Positions 44,556-58,344 are shown, counted from the stretch's first letter. The stretch is DNA of 64,000 nt from an uncultured delta proteobacterium (GCA_963847445.1 CAWJZV010000023.1:1-64000); one strand, 5' to 3'. Program-made: numbers and translations. The notes: generated by a model not told the origin, from the sequence alone.

Positions 44556-47109
44556 ATGCGACCCGTGGATTTACCGATCTTCGAGATCGAACAACGGCTG
44601 CGCGATACTTTGGCGACGCAGAAACGGCTGGTGCTGACCGCGCCCACCGGCTCGGGCAAGTCGACGCAGGTGCCGCAGATGCTGCTCGACGGCGGTTTGC
44701 TCGGCGCCGGCCAAGTGACGGTGTTGCAGCCGCGCCGCCTGGCGACCCGCATGTTGGCCTCCTGGGTGGCGCAGGCGCGCGGCGTCAAGCTCGGCGGCGA
44801 GGTCGGCTATCGGATGCGCCTGGACAATGTCGCTTCGGCGGCCACGCGGATCTGCTACGTCACCGAGGGCATTCTGTTGCGCCAGATGTTGGCCGATCCC
44901 CAAGCTGAAAGGCGTCAGCGCGCTCATCTTCGACGAATTCCACGAGCGCCATCTCTACGGCGACATCACCCTGGCGCGCGCGCTGCAAATCCAGGAAACC
45001 GCGCGTCCCGATCTGATCGTCATCGTCATGTCGGCGACCTTGGATGTCGGCGCGGTGGAGAAGTATCATGCAGCCCTGCGCGGTGCTGACCTCCGAGGGC
45101 CGGACCTTTCCGGTGGATGTCGAATATCTGACAACAGCCCGCTGGCGACTGCGCCGGTGTGGGATCTCGCGGTTCGCGAGAGACGCAACGGCTGGTGCGC
45201 GAGCATGCCGAAGGCGACATGCTGATCTTCATGCCGGGAGCCTACGAGATCGCCCGCACGGTACAAGCGGCGCGCGACAAGCTCGGCCAGCAGTTTGTCG
45301 TCTTTCCCGCTGCATGGCGAGCTGGCGCCCAGCGATCAGGATGCGGCGGTGGCGCGCTATGAGCGGCGCAAGATCGTCGTCGCCACCAACGTCGCCGAAA
45401 CTTCGCTCACCATCGACGGTGTGCGCTTGGTGGTCGACAGCGGCTTGGCGCGGATTCCGCGCTTCGATCCCTATCGCGGCATCAATACCTTGCTCATCGA
45501 TAAAATCAGCCGTGCCGCGGCGGATCAACGAACCGGCCGCGCCGGCCGTACCGCGCCCGGCCATTGCTTGCGCTTGTGGACGGCCCACGAACAAGAGGCG
45601 CGTCCGTTCCAGGAACTCGCCGAGGTGAAGCGTTTGGATCTTGCCGAGGTCGTGCTCACGCTCAAGGCGAGCGGTGTCGTCGATGTGAAAGACTTTCGCT
45701 GGTTGGAAGCGCCCGAAGCGCGCGCGTTGGACCGGGCCGAGACTCTGTTGGCGGATCTGGGAGCGATCGATAACACCACCGGCGCGATCACCGAGCTCGG
45801 CCGGCGCATGCTGGCATTCCCGGTCCATCCGCGCTACGCGCGCATGCTCTTGGCGGCACAGCAATATGGCTGCGTGCGGCCGGTGGCGGCGATCGCGGCG
45901 CTGACCCAGGGACGTGACTTGCTGTTACGGCAGCCGGGCAAGCCAGCCGACGACGGGCGCGGCGAGCTATTCGACGGTGATAGCGAGTCGGATTTTTTCC
46001 TTCTTATGCGCGCCTGGCGCTACGCCGAACGCAACGGCTTTGACCCCGAGCGCTGCCGGCGCATGGGCATTCATGCTCAGGCCGCGCGCCAGGTCGGGCC
46101 GTTGTTCGAACAGTTCCTGCGCATCGCCGGCGATGAGGGGTTGGACATCAGCGAAAAAGCCGTCGACAACGCGGCGGTGCAGCGCTGCATTCTCTCGGGT
46201 TTTTCCGATCAGCTGGCGCGACGCTTGGATGACAAATCGCTGCGCTGCGATTTGGTCCATGGCCGGCGCGGCGTGTTGGCGCGCGAAAGCGTGGTGCGCG
46301 ATGCGAAGTTGTTTGTCGTGTCCGAAGTGCGCGAGGTGGAGAGCAGCGGCGGCCGCGATCGTAATTTAAACGTCATGCTCAATCTCGCCACGGCGGTGAA
46401 AGAGGAGTGGTTGCGCGAGCTTGTTTCCGCGGGACTTCCAGGAAGCACGAGCCGTTGACCTACGATCCGGCATTGCGCCGGGTGGTGGCTCGGGTCGAGC
46501 GGCGCTTTCGCGATCTGACTGCTAGAGGAGAGTCTCACCGACCATCCGCCGTTGGATGAAGCGGCGGCGATCTTGGCACGCGAGGTCAGCGCCGGGCGCT
46601 GCGTGCTGGAGAACTGGAACGATGCGGTCGAGCAATGGATCTTGCGCGTAAATCGTCTGCGTGAATGGATGGCGGAATTGGAATTGCCGGCAATCGAGCC
46701 GAGGATCGCGCGCGCGATCGTCGAGCATATTTGCCATGGCGCGTTCAGCTATGCGCAGATCAAGGATCGCGCCGTGTTGCCGGTGGTAAAATCCTGGCTG
46801 TCGCAGCAGCAACAAAGATGGATCGACGAATACGCGCCGGAGCGCATCCCGTTGCCGCGCGGCCGCCATGCTAAGGTGGTTTATTCAGCCGACGGTCCGC
46901 CGACGATCTCGGCGCGCATTCAGGATCTGTACGATATCAAAGATGGCATTTGGATCGCCAACCGGCGCGTCCCGGTGCGCATCCAAGTGCTGGCGCCGAG
47001 TAACCGGCCGGTGCAGGTGACTGAAAATCTCACGGTCTTTTGGCGCGAGACGTATCCGAAACTCAAACAGCAATTGCAGCGCAGGTATCCAAAGCATGAA
47101 TGGCGCTGA
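44556..47109 (+). CDS. hrpB: ATP-dependent RNA helicase HrpB; multiple frameshifts
   Basis: APTGSGKST, DEFHER, MSAT, ATNVAETSLTIDG, QRTGRAGR, RYPKHEW. Confidence 0.93.
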
Positions 47110-47276
47110 GCTGAAATTGAGTCGCCTTAGGAAAATTAGGATTCGGAGAGTTTGAACCGCAAAGGGCGCAAAAAACGCAAAAAGGAATCGTACTGGCAGT
47201 GAAGCAACTCTCGGTGGTTAACTCCCTTGCGATGCCGACAGAGAAATTGCCAACGGTCGGGCGAGGAGAATGAGTA

Positions 47277-48118
47277 ATGACGATGACAACTTACAATCAG
47301 GTTTCGGTGCCGTCGTTCATGTATGGCACGGCTTGGAAGAAAGAGGCGACGGCGCGACTGGTTCAACTGGCGGTGGAGTCAGGCTTCACGGCGATCGATA
47401 CGGCCAATCAATTGATTCATTACCAGGAAGCACTGGTGGGGGAGGCGTTGCAGTCGTTGGCGGCAAAGGGCGTGAAGCGGGAAACGTCTATTTCTGCAAA
47501 CCAAGTTTACCTCAGCCGACGGCCAAGACCATCGAACTCCTTACGATGCCTCGCGCCGATCTCACCACTCAGGTGCAGCAGTCTTTCGCTAGCTCGCTGC
47601 AACATTTGCACACTGACTACCTGGATTCTTACGTGCTCCACGCGCCGTTTTCGCGCCGTGGGTTGGGCGCGGCGGATTGGCAAGTGTGGGCGGCGATGGA
47701 AACGTTTTATGCAGCTGGCAAAACCAAAACCATCGGTGTCAGCAACATCACCGCGGCGCAATTGACATTGCTCTGCGAGCAAGCTCAGGTGAAACCGATG
47801 ATGGTGCAGAATCGCTGCTTCGCGGTGACGGCCTGGGACGAAGAAGTTCGCCACATCTGTCGGCAGCATGGAATAATTTACCAAGGATTTTCGTTGCTCA
47901 CGGCCAACCGCGACGTGCTTGCTGAACCGGAAGTACGCGCCATTGCCGCGCGCGAGGGCGTTGGACCGGCGCAGGTGATCTTTCGCTTTGCGCTGCAGGT
48001 CGGCATGTTGCCGCTGACCGGCACGACCAACCCGCAACATATGGCAGAGGATCTCGCCGCGGCACGGATCACGCTTTCCGCCGACGAAGTTCAACGCATC
48101 GAAACGATCGCGCTGTGA
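47277..48118 (+). CDS. Aldo/keto reductase; frameshift near 47490
   Basis: YGTAW, IDTA, YLDSYVLH, IGVSN, AQVIFRF. Confidence 0.85.
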
Positions 48119-48167
48119 GGGTTCTGGAGTTATTTGTGAATTGCCAGCTTGAGAGGAAATTTCGCTC

Positions 48168-48245
48168 TCACCACGAAGGACACGAACACGAAGTTTTCGG
48201 AAAACCAGATTCCGAACTTCGTGCTCTTCGTGTCCTTCGTGGTGA
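48168..48245. repeat. CACCACGAAG-family inverted repeat element
   Basis: tcaccacgaaggacacgaacacgaag...cttcgtgctcttcgtgtccttcgtggtga. Confidence 0.78.
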
Positions 48246-48297
48246 AAACATCTCGGTCTTTGCTCGCGGCAATGCCATTCTAGGCTGTCTGCGCTGT

Positions 48298-49627
48298 TCA
48301 TCGCTTCTGCTGCTTTTTTTTCTCTTCCCAGTATTTCAGTCTTTCTTTGATTTGTTTCTCGTAGCCGGATTCGCCAGGAGTGTAGTAGTTCTTGCCGGCG
48401 AGTTCGTCGGGCAGATGCTGCTGGTCGACAATCTGGTCCTGGTAGTTGTGGGCGTATTGATAGTCTTTGCCGTAACCCAAGTTTTTCATCAGAGCCGGTG
48501 GGAGCGTTGCGCAGGTGCAGGGGTACCGCCAACGCGCCATGGGTCTCGACGTCTTTGGCCGCCGCCAGCATCGCTTGGTAGGACGCGTTGGATTTGGGCG
48601 CGCTGGCGAGGTAGGTCACCGCTTGAGCCAAGGGAATCTTGCCTTCCGGCAGACCGACGAAGTGAACGGCGTCCTTGGCGGCGACGGCGACTTGCAGGGC
48701 ATGGGGATCGGCGTTGCCGATGTCTTCGGAGGCGAAGATCACCATGCGCCGGGCGATGAACAGCGGCTCTTCGCCGGCCTCTAACATGCGCATCATCCAA
48801 TAGAGCGCCGCGTCGGGGTCGCTGCCGCGCAGGCTTTTGATAAACGCCGAGATGACGTTGTAGTGCTCGTCGCCGGCTTTGTCGTATTGCAAGGGCTTCT
48901 TTTGAAGCGCTTCTTGCAGATGGATCAGGCTGATTTCATTTTGCCGGTTGGCTTGGGCCAACGACGCGGCGCTTTCCAAGCCATTGAGCGCCACCCGGCA
49001 GTCGCCCTGAGATTGCTGAATGATAAAATCGCGTCCTTCGGCGGAGAGCGTCAGTTTCATTTTGCCGAGACCGCGTTCGGTATCGCTGAGCGCGCGGTCG
49101 ACGATCGTCGCCATGTTTTCCGGCGATAGAGTTTTAAGCACCAGTACCTGACAGCGCGAGAGCAGGGGAGCGATGACTTCGAAGGATGGGTTCTCGGTCG
49201 TCGCGCCGATCAGGATCAGCGTACCCCGTTCGACATGGGGGAGAAAATTATCCTGCTGCGATTTGTTGAAGTGATGGATCTCGTCGACGAACAAGACCGT
49301 CGGTTTGCCCAGGCGCTGGAGCTGTTCGGCATCCTGAATGATTTTTTTTAACTCTTTGACTCCCGAAGTCACGGCGGAGAAATGTACACAGTGGGCGCCG
49401 GCGGAGCTGGCGAGAATTTGCGCCAGGGTGGTTTTGCCGCTGCCCGGCGGACCCCATAGGATCAATGAACGCAATCTGCCGGCGCCGCTCAGGCCTCGCA
49501 GCAATTTGCCGGCACCGAGTAAATGTTCCTGGCCGACAAATTCGTCGAGCGAGGTTGGCCGCATCGCTTCGGCGAGCGGTTGTGAAGCGAGATTTCCTTT
49601 GGCTGGCACCGTGTCAAAAAGGTCCAT
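48298..49627 (-). CDS. rarA: Replication-associated recombination protein A; frameshift near 48495
   Basis: [51 protein letters not shown]. Confidence 0.95.
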
Positions 49628-49737
49628 GGCCAGTTCATGCTAGCACAATTGCGCGGTTGGATTGTAGTTGCCGAGAATTTACTTTCGCTCGCTGTCAGTC
49701 GGTGCTATGTTGAACGCTACAGCAGGGAAAAACAGCC

Positions 49738-50115
49738 ATGGCAGAAGCTTCGAACAAGGATAATCCATCGTTCATTCAAGGCACGGCGCCGCGCACGGTG
49801 TTGTTCGCCAACTCTTCGATCTCGGGTAAACTGAGTTACAATCTGCCGGTCAAGATCGACGGTCATTTCACCGGCGAAATTAAATCCTCGGAACTTTTGG
49901 TGATCGGCCCCAATGCACAGGTCGAGGCCCATGTGTCGGCGCGCCAGGTGCACCTCGAGGGCAAGCTGATCGGCTCGGTGCAGGCGATGGGTTGTTTCGA
50001 AATTTTAAAAGGCGGTTACTTCAAGGGTGAAGCTCGGGTCGCTGAACTCAAGCTTCACCCCGATGCGGTGTTCGAAGGGACGGGAAACATTCTTGGCAGC
50101 AAGTCGTCGGGCTAG
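49738..50115 (+). CDS. Bactofilin (polymer-forming cytoskeletal protein)
   Basis: VKIDGHFTGEI, LVIGPNAQVEA, AVFEG beta-helix pattern. Confidence 0.82.
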   Translation: MAEASNKDNPSFIQGTAPRTVLFANSSISGKLSYNLPVKIDGHFTGEIKSSELLVIGPNAQVEAHVSARQVHLEGKLIGSVQAMGCFEILKGGYFKGEARVAELKLHPDAVFEGTGNILGSKSSG

Positions 50116-50123
50116 CGTCGGTG

Positions 50124-50469
50124 TTAGCGATCTTGCTCGGTGAGGCGAGCGGCCTTGCCGGACAGCTCCCGCAAATAATAAAGTTTGGCGCGGCGGACTT
50201 TGCCGTGGGACATCACTTCGACTTTTTCGATGCGCGGAGAATGGATCGGGAAAATGCGCTCGACGCCGACGCCGTAGGAGATCTTTTCGCACGGTGAAGT
50301 TGGCCCGGCTGCCGGTGCCGGCCATGCCGATGACGACGCCTTCAAATACCTGAGTCCGCTCTTTTTCGCCTTCGACGACTTTGACATGCACACGCACGGT
50401 TTCGCCGGGACGTAAGTCCGGGGCGTCGGCTTTTAGCTGTTGGGCTTCCAATTGCGCAATAATATTCAT
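50124..50469 (-). CDS. rplS: 50S ribosomal protein L19; frameshift near 50285
   Basis: [35 protein letters not shown]. Confidence 0.97.
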
Positions 50470-50487
50470 GACTGCTCCTATCCGAGA

Positions 50488-51768
50488 TTATTCACCTAGC
50501 AGGCGGTCTAAAATGATCGCCGCGGCGGAACGCACCGACAGGTGGTTATAGTCGGTGCCGCCCTCGACCGCCTCTAAAACGTAATCTGCTTGTGCAATGA
50601 TTGTCTCTGTAAGACCCCATCCTGTGCCGAAAATGACCAGAAAGGGCTGAGTCCTAGTGTGTAACATTTCCTGCAGCGCGACGAAAGAGGTCCGCGGCGT
50701 GTTCCGGTGTCGCGAGCGGAAGTAACGACGATCAAAGGCTTTTGACCGGTCTCTTTTTCGATGTCGATAATCGTATCGTCAAGATTGTCGCTAATCCGCG
50801 CCAGCGCAAGGGCATCCTTGCGCGTGACGTTGTACTGGCTGCCATAGCCGACCTCCCAGTGATCGATGATCTTGAGCGCCAGTTTTTGCAGCGGCTTGAC
50901 CGGCGTGACGAGATAAAACCCTTGGACGCCGTAGGTTTTGCCGGCGCGGCAGATATCGTGGATATCCATGTTGGTCACCGCCGTGGTGACCACCTGGCGG
51001 TTCTTATCGTAGACCGGATAGTGCAGCAGGGCGAGATAGAGCGGTGCTTGACGGCGCCCTTTGGCGGTCCTCGCCGGGCGAGCTAGTTTAGCCCCGGCCA
51101 GCATGTCGGGCCGCCGCTGCCGGGTGATCTCAAGGCTTTTTTCCTGGCGCCACTTTTTGACCCGTTGATGGTCTCCCGACAACAGCACGTCAGGGACTTT
51201 CATGCCGCGAAACTCTTCGGGACGGGTGTATTGCGGGTATTCGAGCAGGCCGTCGCTGAAAGATTCATCTGCCGCCGAGTTTTCGTTGCCGAGGACGCCC
51301 GGTATCAGGCGGGCGACGGCGTCGATGACGATGTTGGCCGCCGGTTCGCCGCCGCTGAGCGTGTAGTCGCCGACGGAGATCTCTTCGTCGATAAACGCCT
51401 TGACCCGCTCGTCGACGCCTTCGTAGCGGCCGCACAGCAAGACAATTTCATCTTCACTGGCCATGCGCTGGGCCACGCTCTGTTTAAAGACGCTGTCCCT
51501 GGGGCGCCAGCAGAATGACGCGGGCCTTGGGACTGCGCTTTCGCGCATCCTCAATGGCGGCCACCAGCGGTTCGGGCTTCATCACCATCCCTTGGCCGCC
51601 GCCGTAGGGATAGTCGTCGGTCATTTTGTGCTTGTCGGTGGTGTAATCTCGCAGGTCTATCAGGTTGATCTTGAGCAGGTTTTTTTCCTGGGCTCGCTTC
51701 AAGATGCTATGACCTAGGGTTGAGGCGAACATCTGCGGGAAAATCGTAACGACGGTAAAGGTCAGCAT
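50488..51768 (-). CDS. trmD: tRNA m1G37 methyltransferase TrmD fused to a second SPOUT RNA methyltransferase (DUF2168-like); frameshifts near 51510 and 50695
   Basis: [33 protein letters not shown], continuing in frame into LLHYPV...TNMDIHDI...GTGWG...YNHLSVR. Confidence 0.9.
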
Positions 51769-51797
51769 GGGCTAAAACTCAAGCGGCGAGTTCGGCT

Positions 51798-52314
51798 CTA
51801 CAAATCGAGCAGGCCTTCCGGCGGATCGACGATCACTCGTGCGGCTGTCGAAGTCGACCTTGTCGACAATTTCTTTCACCGCTGGAATTAAATATTCTTT
51901 CTCGGCTTCCTTGACGACCAGGATGTCGCCCCCGGCGGTCGACATCAGCGAAGCGATGGTGCCGATGCGCGTGCCGTCTTTGTGCAACACTTCGAAGCCG
52001 ATCACTTGGTAGTGATAGTACTGTCCAGGTTCGAGCGGTTCGAGCGCATTCTCAGCCACCGACAGGGTCGCGCCAACCCAGCGCTGTGCGTCATCGATGC
52101 CATCGACGCCGCGTAACTTGATCAAGAACTGTTTCTTGAACGGCTTGGCATCCGCCGCCAACTCTCAAGTCACTTGGCTATCGCCGAGATCAAGATGGAC
52201 CAAGCGTCCGGCAACCAAGATGGCGGTGTCGACGTTGAATGCGTTCAACTTCAACCAGCCGTCGAGGCCATGGGTGGTGGCGATCTCACCGAGGGGAACT
52301 CGTTGTTCTGCCAT
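51798..52314 (-). CDS. rimM: Ribosome maturation factor RimM; frameshifted
   Basis: GEIATTHGLDGWLK, YYHYQVIG, YLIPAV, DPPEGLL; canonical position. Confidence 0.9.
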
Positions 52315-52334
52315 CGGCGCGGCCTGGGAGCGGA

Positions 52335-52572
52335 TTAATTCTCTTCGACGATTTCGAGGATGACTTTGCGGTTGGTTTTGGACGCGGCCGCGTTGAGCAG
52401 GGTGCGGATCGATTTCGCCGTGCGCCCTTGCCGGCCGATCACGCGGCCGAGGTCTTCCTTGGCGACTTTAAGCTCGAAGACGGCGGTGTCCTCGCGCTCG
52501 GCTCTCCTTGACCTCGACGGCGGCGGGATCGTTGACCAACGATTTAGCTAGATATTCAACCAATTCCTTCAT
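52335..52572 (-). CDS. khpA: KH-domain RNA-binding protein; frameshift near 52500
   Basis: [20 protein letters not shown]; between rpsP and rimM. Confidence 0.92.
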
Positions 52573-52598
52573 GCAGAGCAGGTCTTTCCGCGGCAACG

Positions 52599-52844
52599 CT
52601 AACTCGCTTTGCGCTCCTTCTTGATCAGTTCGGAAACCGTTTGGCTCGGCTTGGCGCCTTTTTTGATCCACGCCGCGATCTTCTCGCGATCCATTTTCAC
52701 GCCGCCGGTCGTGGCGCGGGGATCGTAGGTGCCGACCTGCTCGATGTAGCGGCCGTCGCGGGCGAAGCGCTGGTCGCTGACGACGATGCGGTAAAAAGGC
52801 TTTTTCTTGGCGCCATGGCGGCTCATGCGAATGCTTACACTCAT
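52599..52844 (-). CDS. rpsP: 30S ribosomal protein S16
   Basis: GAKKKPFYRIVV, RDGRYIE, GTYDP. Confidence 0.97.
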   Translation of the reverse strand: MSVSIRMSRHGAKKKPFYRIVVSDQRFARDGRYIEQVGTYDPRATTGGVKMDREKIAAWIKKGAKPSQTVSELIKKERKAS

Positions 52845-52865
52845 GCTATTTCTTTCCTTCTCCTG

Positions 52866-54208
52866 TTAGTGGAAAGGGTTCGGCATTTGGCTCAGGAGCG
52901 AACGGACGCCCTGCTTGCTAACCCTTTGCATCATTTTTTTCATCTCTAAAAACTGTTTCATCAAACGATTGATATCGGTGACCGTGGTGCCGCTGCCGTT
53001 GGCGATGCGCTTTCTGCGGCTGCCGTTGAGCAACGCCGGGTTACGACGTTCTTGAATGGTCATCGAGTGGATGATCGCCTCGACGCGTTTGAGCTCTTTC
53101 TCGGCCTTCTCGGCGTCTACCTGTGACGCCAGTTTTTTGCCGCCGGGAATCATTTCCAGCAGGCTGTTCATCGAGCCCATTCTTTTTATCTGCTGCAGCT
53201 GCACGAGAAACTCTTCGAGGGTGAACTGTTGTTTCTGAAACGCTTGCTGGAGCTTTTCGGCTTCCTTCTGCTCGACGTTCTGCTGCACCTTGTCGATCAG
53301 CGAGAGCACATCGCCCATGCCCAGAATACGCGAGGCTAAGCGGTCGGGATAGAAGGGCTCAAGGGCATCGAGCTTTTCGCCGACGCCGGAAAACAGGATC
53401 GGTTTGCCGACCATTTGCCGGATCGACAGCGCGGCGCCGCCGCGGGAGTCGCCGTCAAGCTTGGTCAGAATCACGCCGCTGACACCGAGCTTGCCGTCGA
53501 AACCCAGGGCTTGATTGACCGCATCTTGGCCGGTCATGGAGTCGGCGACGAACAGGATCTGATGCGGCTTGACGGCGTCCTTGATGGCGCTGAGTTCCTG
53601 CATCAGCTCTTCGTCGATATGCAAACGGCCGGCGGTGTCGATCAAGCAGCACATCGCAGAATTTTTTCTTGGCCTCATCGAGAGCCTGCCGGCAAATGGC
53701 CACCGGCGAAGTCTCGGGGTTCGAATCATACACCGGCAAATCAAGTTCTTTACCGAGAATCTTTAATTGCTCGATGGCGGCCGGCCGATAGATATCCGCA
53801 GGCACCAGATAGGGGCTGCGTTTCTTTTCGTTCTTAAGATAGCGCGCCAGCTTGGCCACCGTGGTGGTTTTGCCGGAACCTTGCAGACCGACCAACATGA
53901 TGACCACCGGCGGCGCCGCTTTGAGATCAAGTTCGCTGTAGTCGCCGCCTAGAAGTGTAACCAGCTCATCGCGCACCACTCCGATGAACTGTTGCTCCGG
54001 GCGTGAGGCTCTGGAGCACCTCTTGGCCCATCGCCTTGGCTTTGACCGCGTCGAGAAAACTGCGCACCACTTTGAGGTGGACGTCGGCTTCCAAGAGGCC
54101 GAGACGCACTTCGCGCAGCGCGTCGTCGATGTTGCTCTCGGTGATCTTGCCCTGACCGCGCAGCCGCTTAAAGGTCAGTTCAAGCTTATCGGTTAAAGAT
54201 TCAAACAT
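52866..54208 (-). CDS. ffh: Signal recognition particle protein; frameshifts near 54000, 53978 and 53645
   Basis: MFESLTDKL, GLQGSGKTT, DTAGR, TKLDGD, M-domain SRRKRIANGSG. Confidence 0.96.
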
Positions 54209-54291
54209 GTATTGGGACGCTAAGATGCGATATTTTCAAGAGAAATACCAAAGCAAAGTAATAAAAAACTTTTCTGGAGTCAAGTTCGCTG

Positions 54292-54340
54292 AAAAAACAA
54301 AAGCCCGTTACGCGCATCGGAATCGACGCACGTAACGGGC
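54292..54340 (-). terminator. Intrinsic terminator after groEL
   Basis: gcccgttacg/cgtaacgggc stem followed on the - strand by TTTTGTTTTTT. Confidence 0.75.
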
Positions 54341-54361
54341 CTTGGGCAGTGCAAACCAAAG

Positions 54362-56041
<1,680 letters not shown>

Positions 56042-56053
56042 TTATCTGTTTAA

Positions 56054-56344
56054 TTACTTTTCGATAACGCCGAGGATGTCGTCCTCGCGCATGATCAGAT
56101 GCTCTTCGCCGTCAACGTTGATTTCCGTGCCGGAGTATTTTCCGAACAGGATGCGGTCATTCACTTTGACATCGAGCGGGGTAATCTTGCCGTCGTCGTT
56201 CACTTTGCCTTTGCCGACGGCGACCACTTTCCCTTCCTGCGGCTTTTCTTTAGCGGTGTCGGGGATGATGATTCCACCCTTGCTTTTCTCCTCCTCCTCG
56301 ATGCGTTTGACAATGACCCGGTCCTGTAAAGGCCTAATTTTCAC
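56054..56344 (-). CDS. groES: Co-chaperonin GroES
   Basis: [23 protein letters not shown]. Confidence 0.99.
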   Translation of the reverse strand: MKIRPLQDRVIVKRIEEEEKSKGGIIIPDTAKEKPQEGKVVAVGKGKVNDDGKITPLDVKVNDRILFGKYSGTEINVDGEEHLIMREDDILGVIEK

Positions 56345-56449
56345 TGCGCGCCTCCTTTCAAGCGTTTGAATTTAACTGACTGATTTAATAGTAGTTTGCT
56401 GCTAATTGGAGCCGCCGGCGCGGGGCCGGGGACAAACTAGAGCGGGCTG

Positions 56450-56477
56450 AATCTAAGCATCAATCTTTCGATGTCAA
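56450..56477 (-). promoter_or_regulatory. Putative sigma70 promoter of groESL
   Basis: TTGACA-16bp-TAGATT. Confidence 0.45.
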
Positions 56478-56533
56478 GGTTTTTGTTCGAGAAAATTCTT
56501 ATAGATATCAAGCGGATTCGGCCGGTTGGCCCG

Positions 56534-56811
56534 CTACCGGCGATGCTTCCGGGACTCTTCCTCGTGGTACTTGCGGTACAGCACATCCCATTCGCGGCTG
56601 CCCGGTGGCACATGCCGGGATAGGGACGCAATCTTCTGCCGCACCACGTCGTCGAGCTGGTCTTCGAAGTGAAAAAACTCCTGGAGAATTAGCTTGGTCT
56701 CGGTGAGGGCGCGGCCGTCGCTGGGGAATTCGGCCAATTTCGCTTTGCGTCAGGCTCTCGAGCACCAGATGGGCTAGGTGAGAAATGCGGCTCTCCGACA
56801 AGTCGGCTCAT
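56534..56811 (-). CDS. DUF507 family protein; frameshifted
   Basis: LSESRISHLAH...VRQKIASLSRHVPPGSREWDVLYRKY. Confidence 0.85.
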
Positions 56812-57084
56812 AGGATGAAGCCTTTCTTGGCCGCGAGCTTCTGTTTGGCGAGCAAGAACATCTTGTAAGGGTCCATGTCTTTGCTGGCTTGGGCAAAACT
56901 GGCCAGCATCTTGCGCGCTTCTTCCTCAATCGCTTCCTCTTCGGCGAAGTTGCGGCTGATGGCTTCGACGACTCTGGCCTTGAGCTCGGCGTCGCGTGGC
57001 TTTGCTGACGATCAGTTCTTTTTTTCGATAGCTAGCGACGAGCTGCGTTGCCAATCGATCGAGCTGGTCGGGTTTGATCTTCAT
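56808..57084 (-). CDS. DUF507 family protein (first of pair); frameshifted
   Basis: MKIKPDQLDRLA...EEAIEEEARKML...KMFLLAKQKLAAKKGFIL. Confidence 0.8.
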
Positions 57085-57088
57085 GGGC

Positions 57089-57382
57089 TGTGAATAATCT
57101 GTGAGGAACCTGTCGTGGATCGGTGGCTAACCCGGTGTTCGTGCGCGACACCTTGAAAGTTTTACCGAGCTTGCGATTTGATGTCAATTGCCTAGCCGGA
57201 ATTGCCGCTAAGCGCGCGTCGGCGCGGTTAAATTCTTGTATATACGCAGTTTTTTTGCGAAGATGAGCAATCGCAATGGCTACCATCGAGGTTGTCATTC
57301 GGCAGTTATCCACAGGGGGAAGCAGGTTTGTCAGGCGAACGCATCTGTTCAGGTTGTGGAGAACTCCCTTGCCTGTGCATAA
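57089..57382. promoter_or_regulatory. DnaA-box cluster (oriC/datA-like candidate)
   Basis: TTWTNCACA matches at 57089-97 (-), 57306-14 (+) and 57374-82 (-); 1 mismatch at 57355-63; degenerate boxes at 57100, 57111 and 57122 in 11-bp phase. Confidence 0.6.
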
Positions 57383-58277
57383 GCCGGCGCCATTGGCGCC
57401 GGGAGCGCGCATTGGCGTGGTCGCGCCGGCGGGCTGTGTCGAGCCGGCGTCGCTGCTCGCCGGGGTTGCCGCCATCGAAGCCCAGGGCTACAGCGTGGAA
57501 CTGGCGCCGGGAATTTACCAAACTAACGGTTATCTGGCCGGTGCCGCCGCCGATCGTGGACGAGACCTTGTCAACTTTTTTCGCCGTGACGATATTGCCG
57601 CGATCTTTTGTGCGCGTGGCGGCTTCGGTTCGATCCAAACACTCGAATACCTGGGCCTAGACCTCGAAAAACATCCAAAGCTCTTCGTCGGTTACAGCGA
57701 TATTACGATACTGCTCAACTGGCTGCGCTGCCGCTGCGGCATGGTGACGATTCACGGTCCGATGGTGGCGACTGACCTGGCGCGCGGCTTGAGCGACCGG
57801 AGCCAGGAACATTTTTGGGGCATGTTAGCCGGCCGCAAGCGCGCCTGGAAATTGGCTTTGGGTGAAACCCTGCGGCGCGGCCAAGTCGAGGCAGAGATGA
57901 TCGGCGGTTGTTTATCGATGCTCGTGACCACGCTGGGAACCCCCTACGAGATCGACAGCCGCGGTCAAATCCTGTTTCTTGAAGATGTCGGCGAAGCGCC
58001 CTACCGCGTCGAACGCATGCTCATGCACCTCAAGATGGCCGGCAAGCTTGACCATCTGGCTGGCGTAGTGTTTGGTGATTTTACACTCTGTGCGGATCAG
58101 GGGCCGCGCGATGTCCGGGCGGTGATCGGCGACATATTCGGCCATGCTCCCTATCCGGTGGTGATGGGGTTGCCAGCCGGTCACGGTGAGGAGAATTTTG
58201 CCATGCCCTTTGGCGTCAAGATGCGCCTGGATGGCGACGGCGCAACCTTGGAAATGCTTGAGTCGCCGGTTTTGTAG
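57369..58277 (+). CDS. ldcA: S66 LD-carboxypeptidase
   Basis: ARGGFG, FVGYSDIT, HGPM, FLEDVGE, PAGH. Confidence 0.9.
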   Translation: MPVHKPAPLAPGARIGVVAPAGCVEPASLLAGVAAIEAQGYSVELAPGIYQTNGYLAGAAADRGRDLVNFFRRDDIAAIFCARGGFGSIQTLEYLGLDLEKHPKLFVGYSDITILLNWLRCRCGMVTIHGPMVATDLARGLSDRSQEHFWGMLAGRKRAWKLALGETLRRGQVEAEMIGGCLSMLVTTLGTPYEIDSRGQILFLEDVGEAPYRVERMLMHLKMAGKLDHLAGVVFGDFTLCADQGPRDVRAVIGDIFGHAPYPVVMGLPAGHGEENFAMPFGVKMRLDGDGATLEMLESPVL

Positions 58278-58344
58278 CAGCGCTTCGCTCGGCCGTGCGG
58301 CGCGTGTCGACGTCCACGCGCATATCCCGATAATCAAAAATTTT

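Noticed and set aside
47507-48297. 706-aa extended RarA in the ORF track
   Set aside because: Read-through caused by the frameshift near 48495; the true C-terminus is in ORF 48298-48540.
56375-56410. Possible CIRCE element upstream of groES
   Set aside because: Only TTAGCA matches; the second half-site at N9 spacing is missing.
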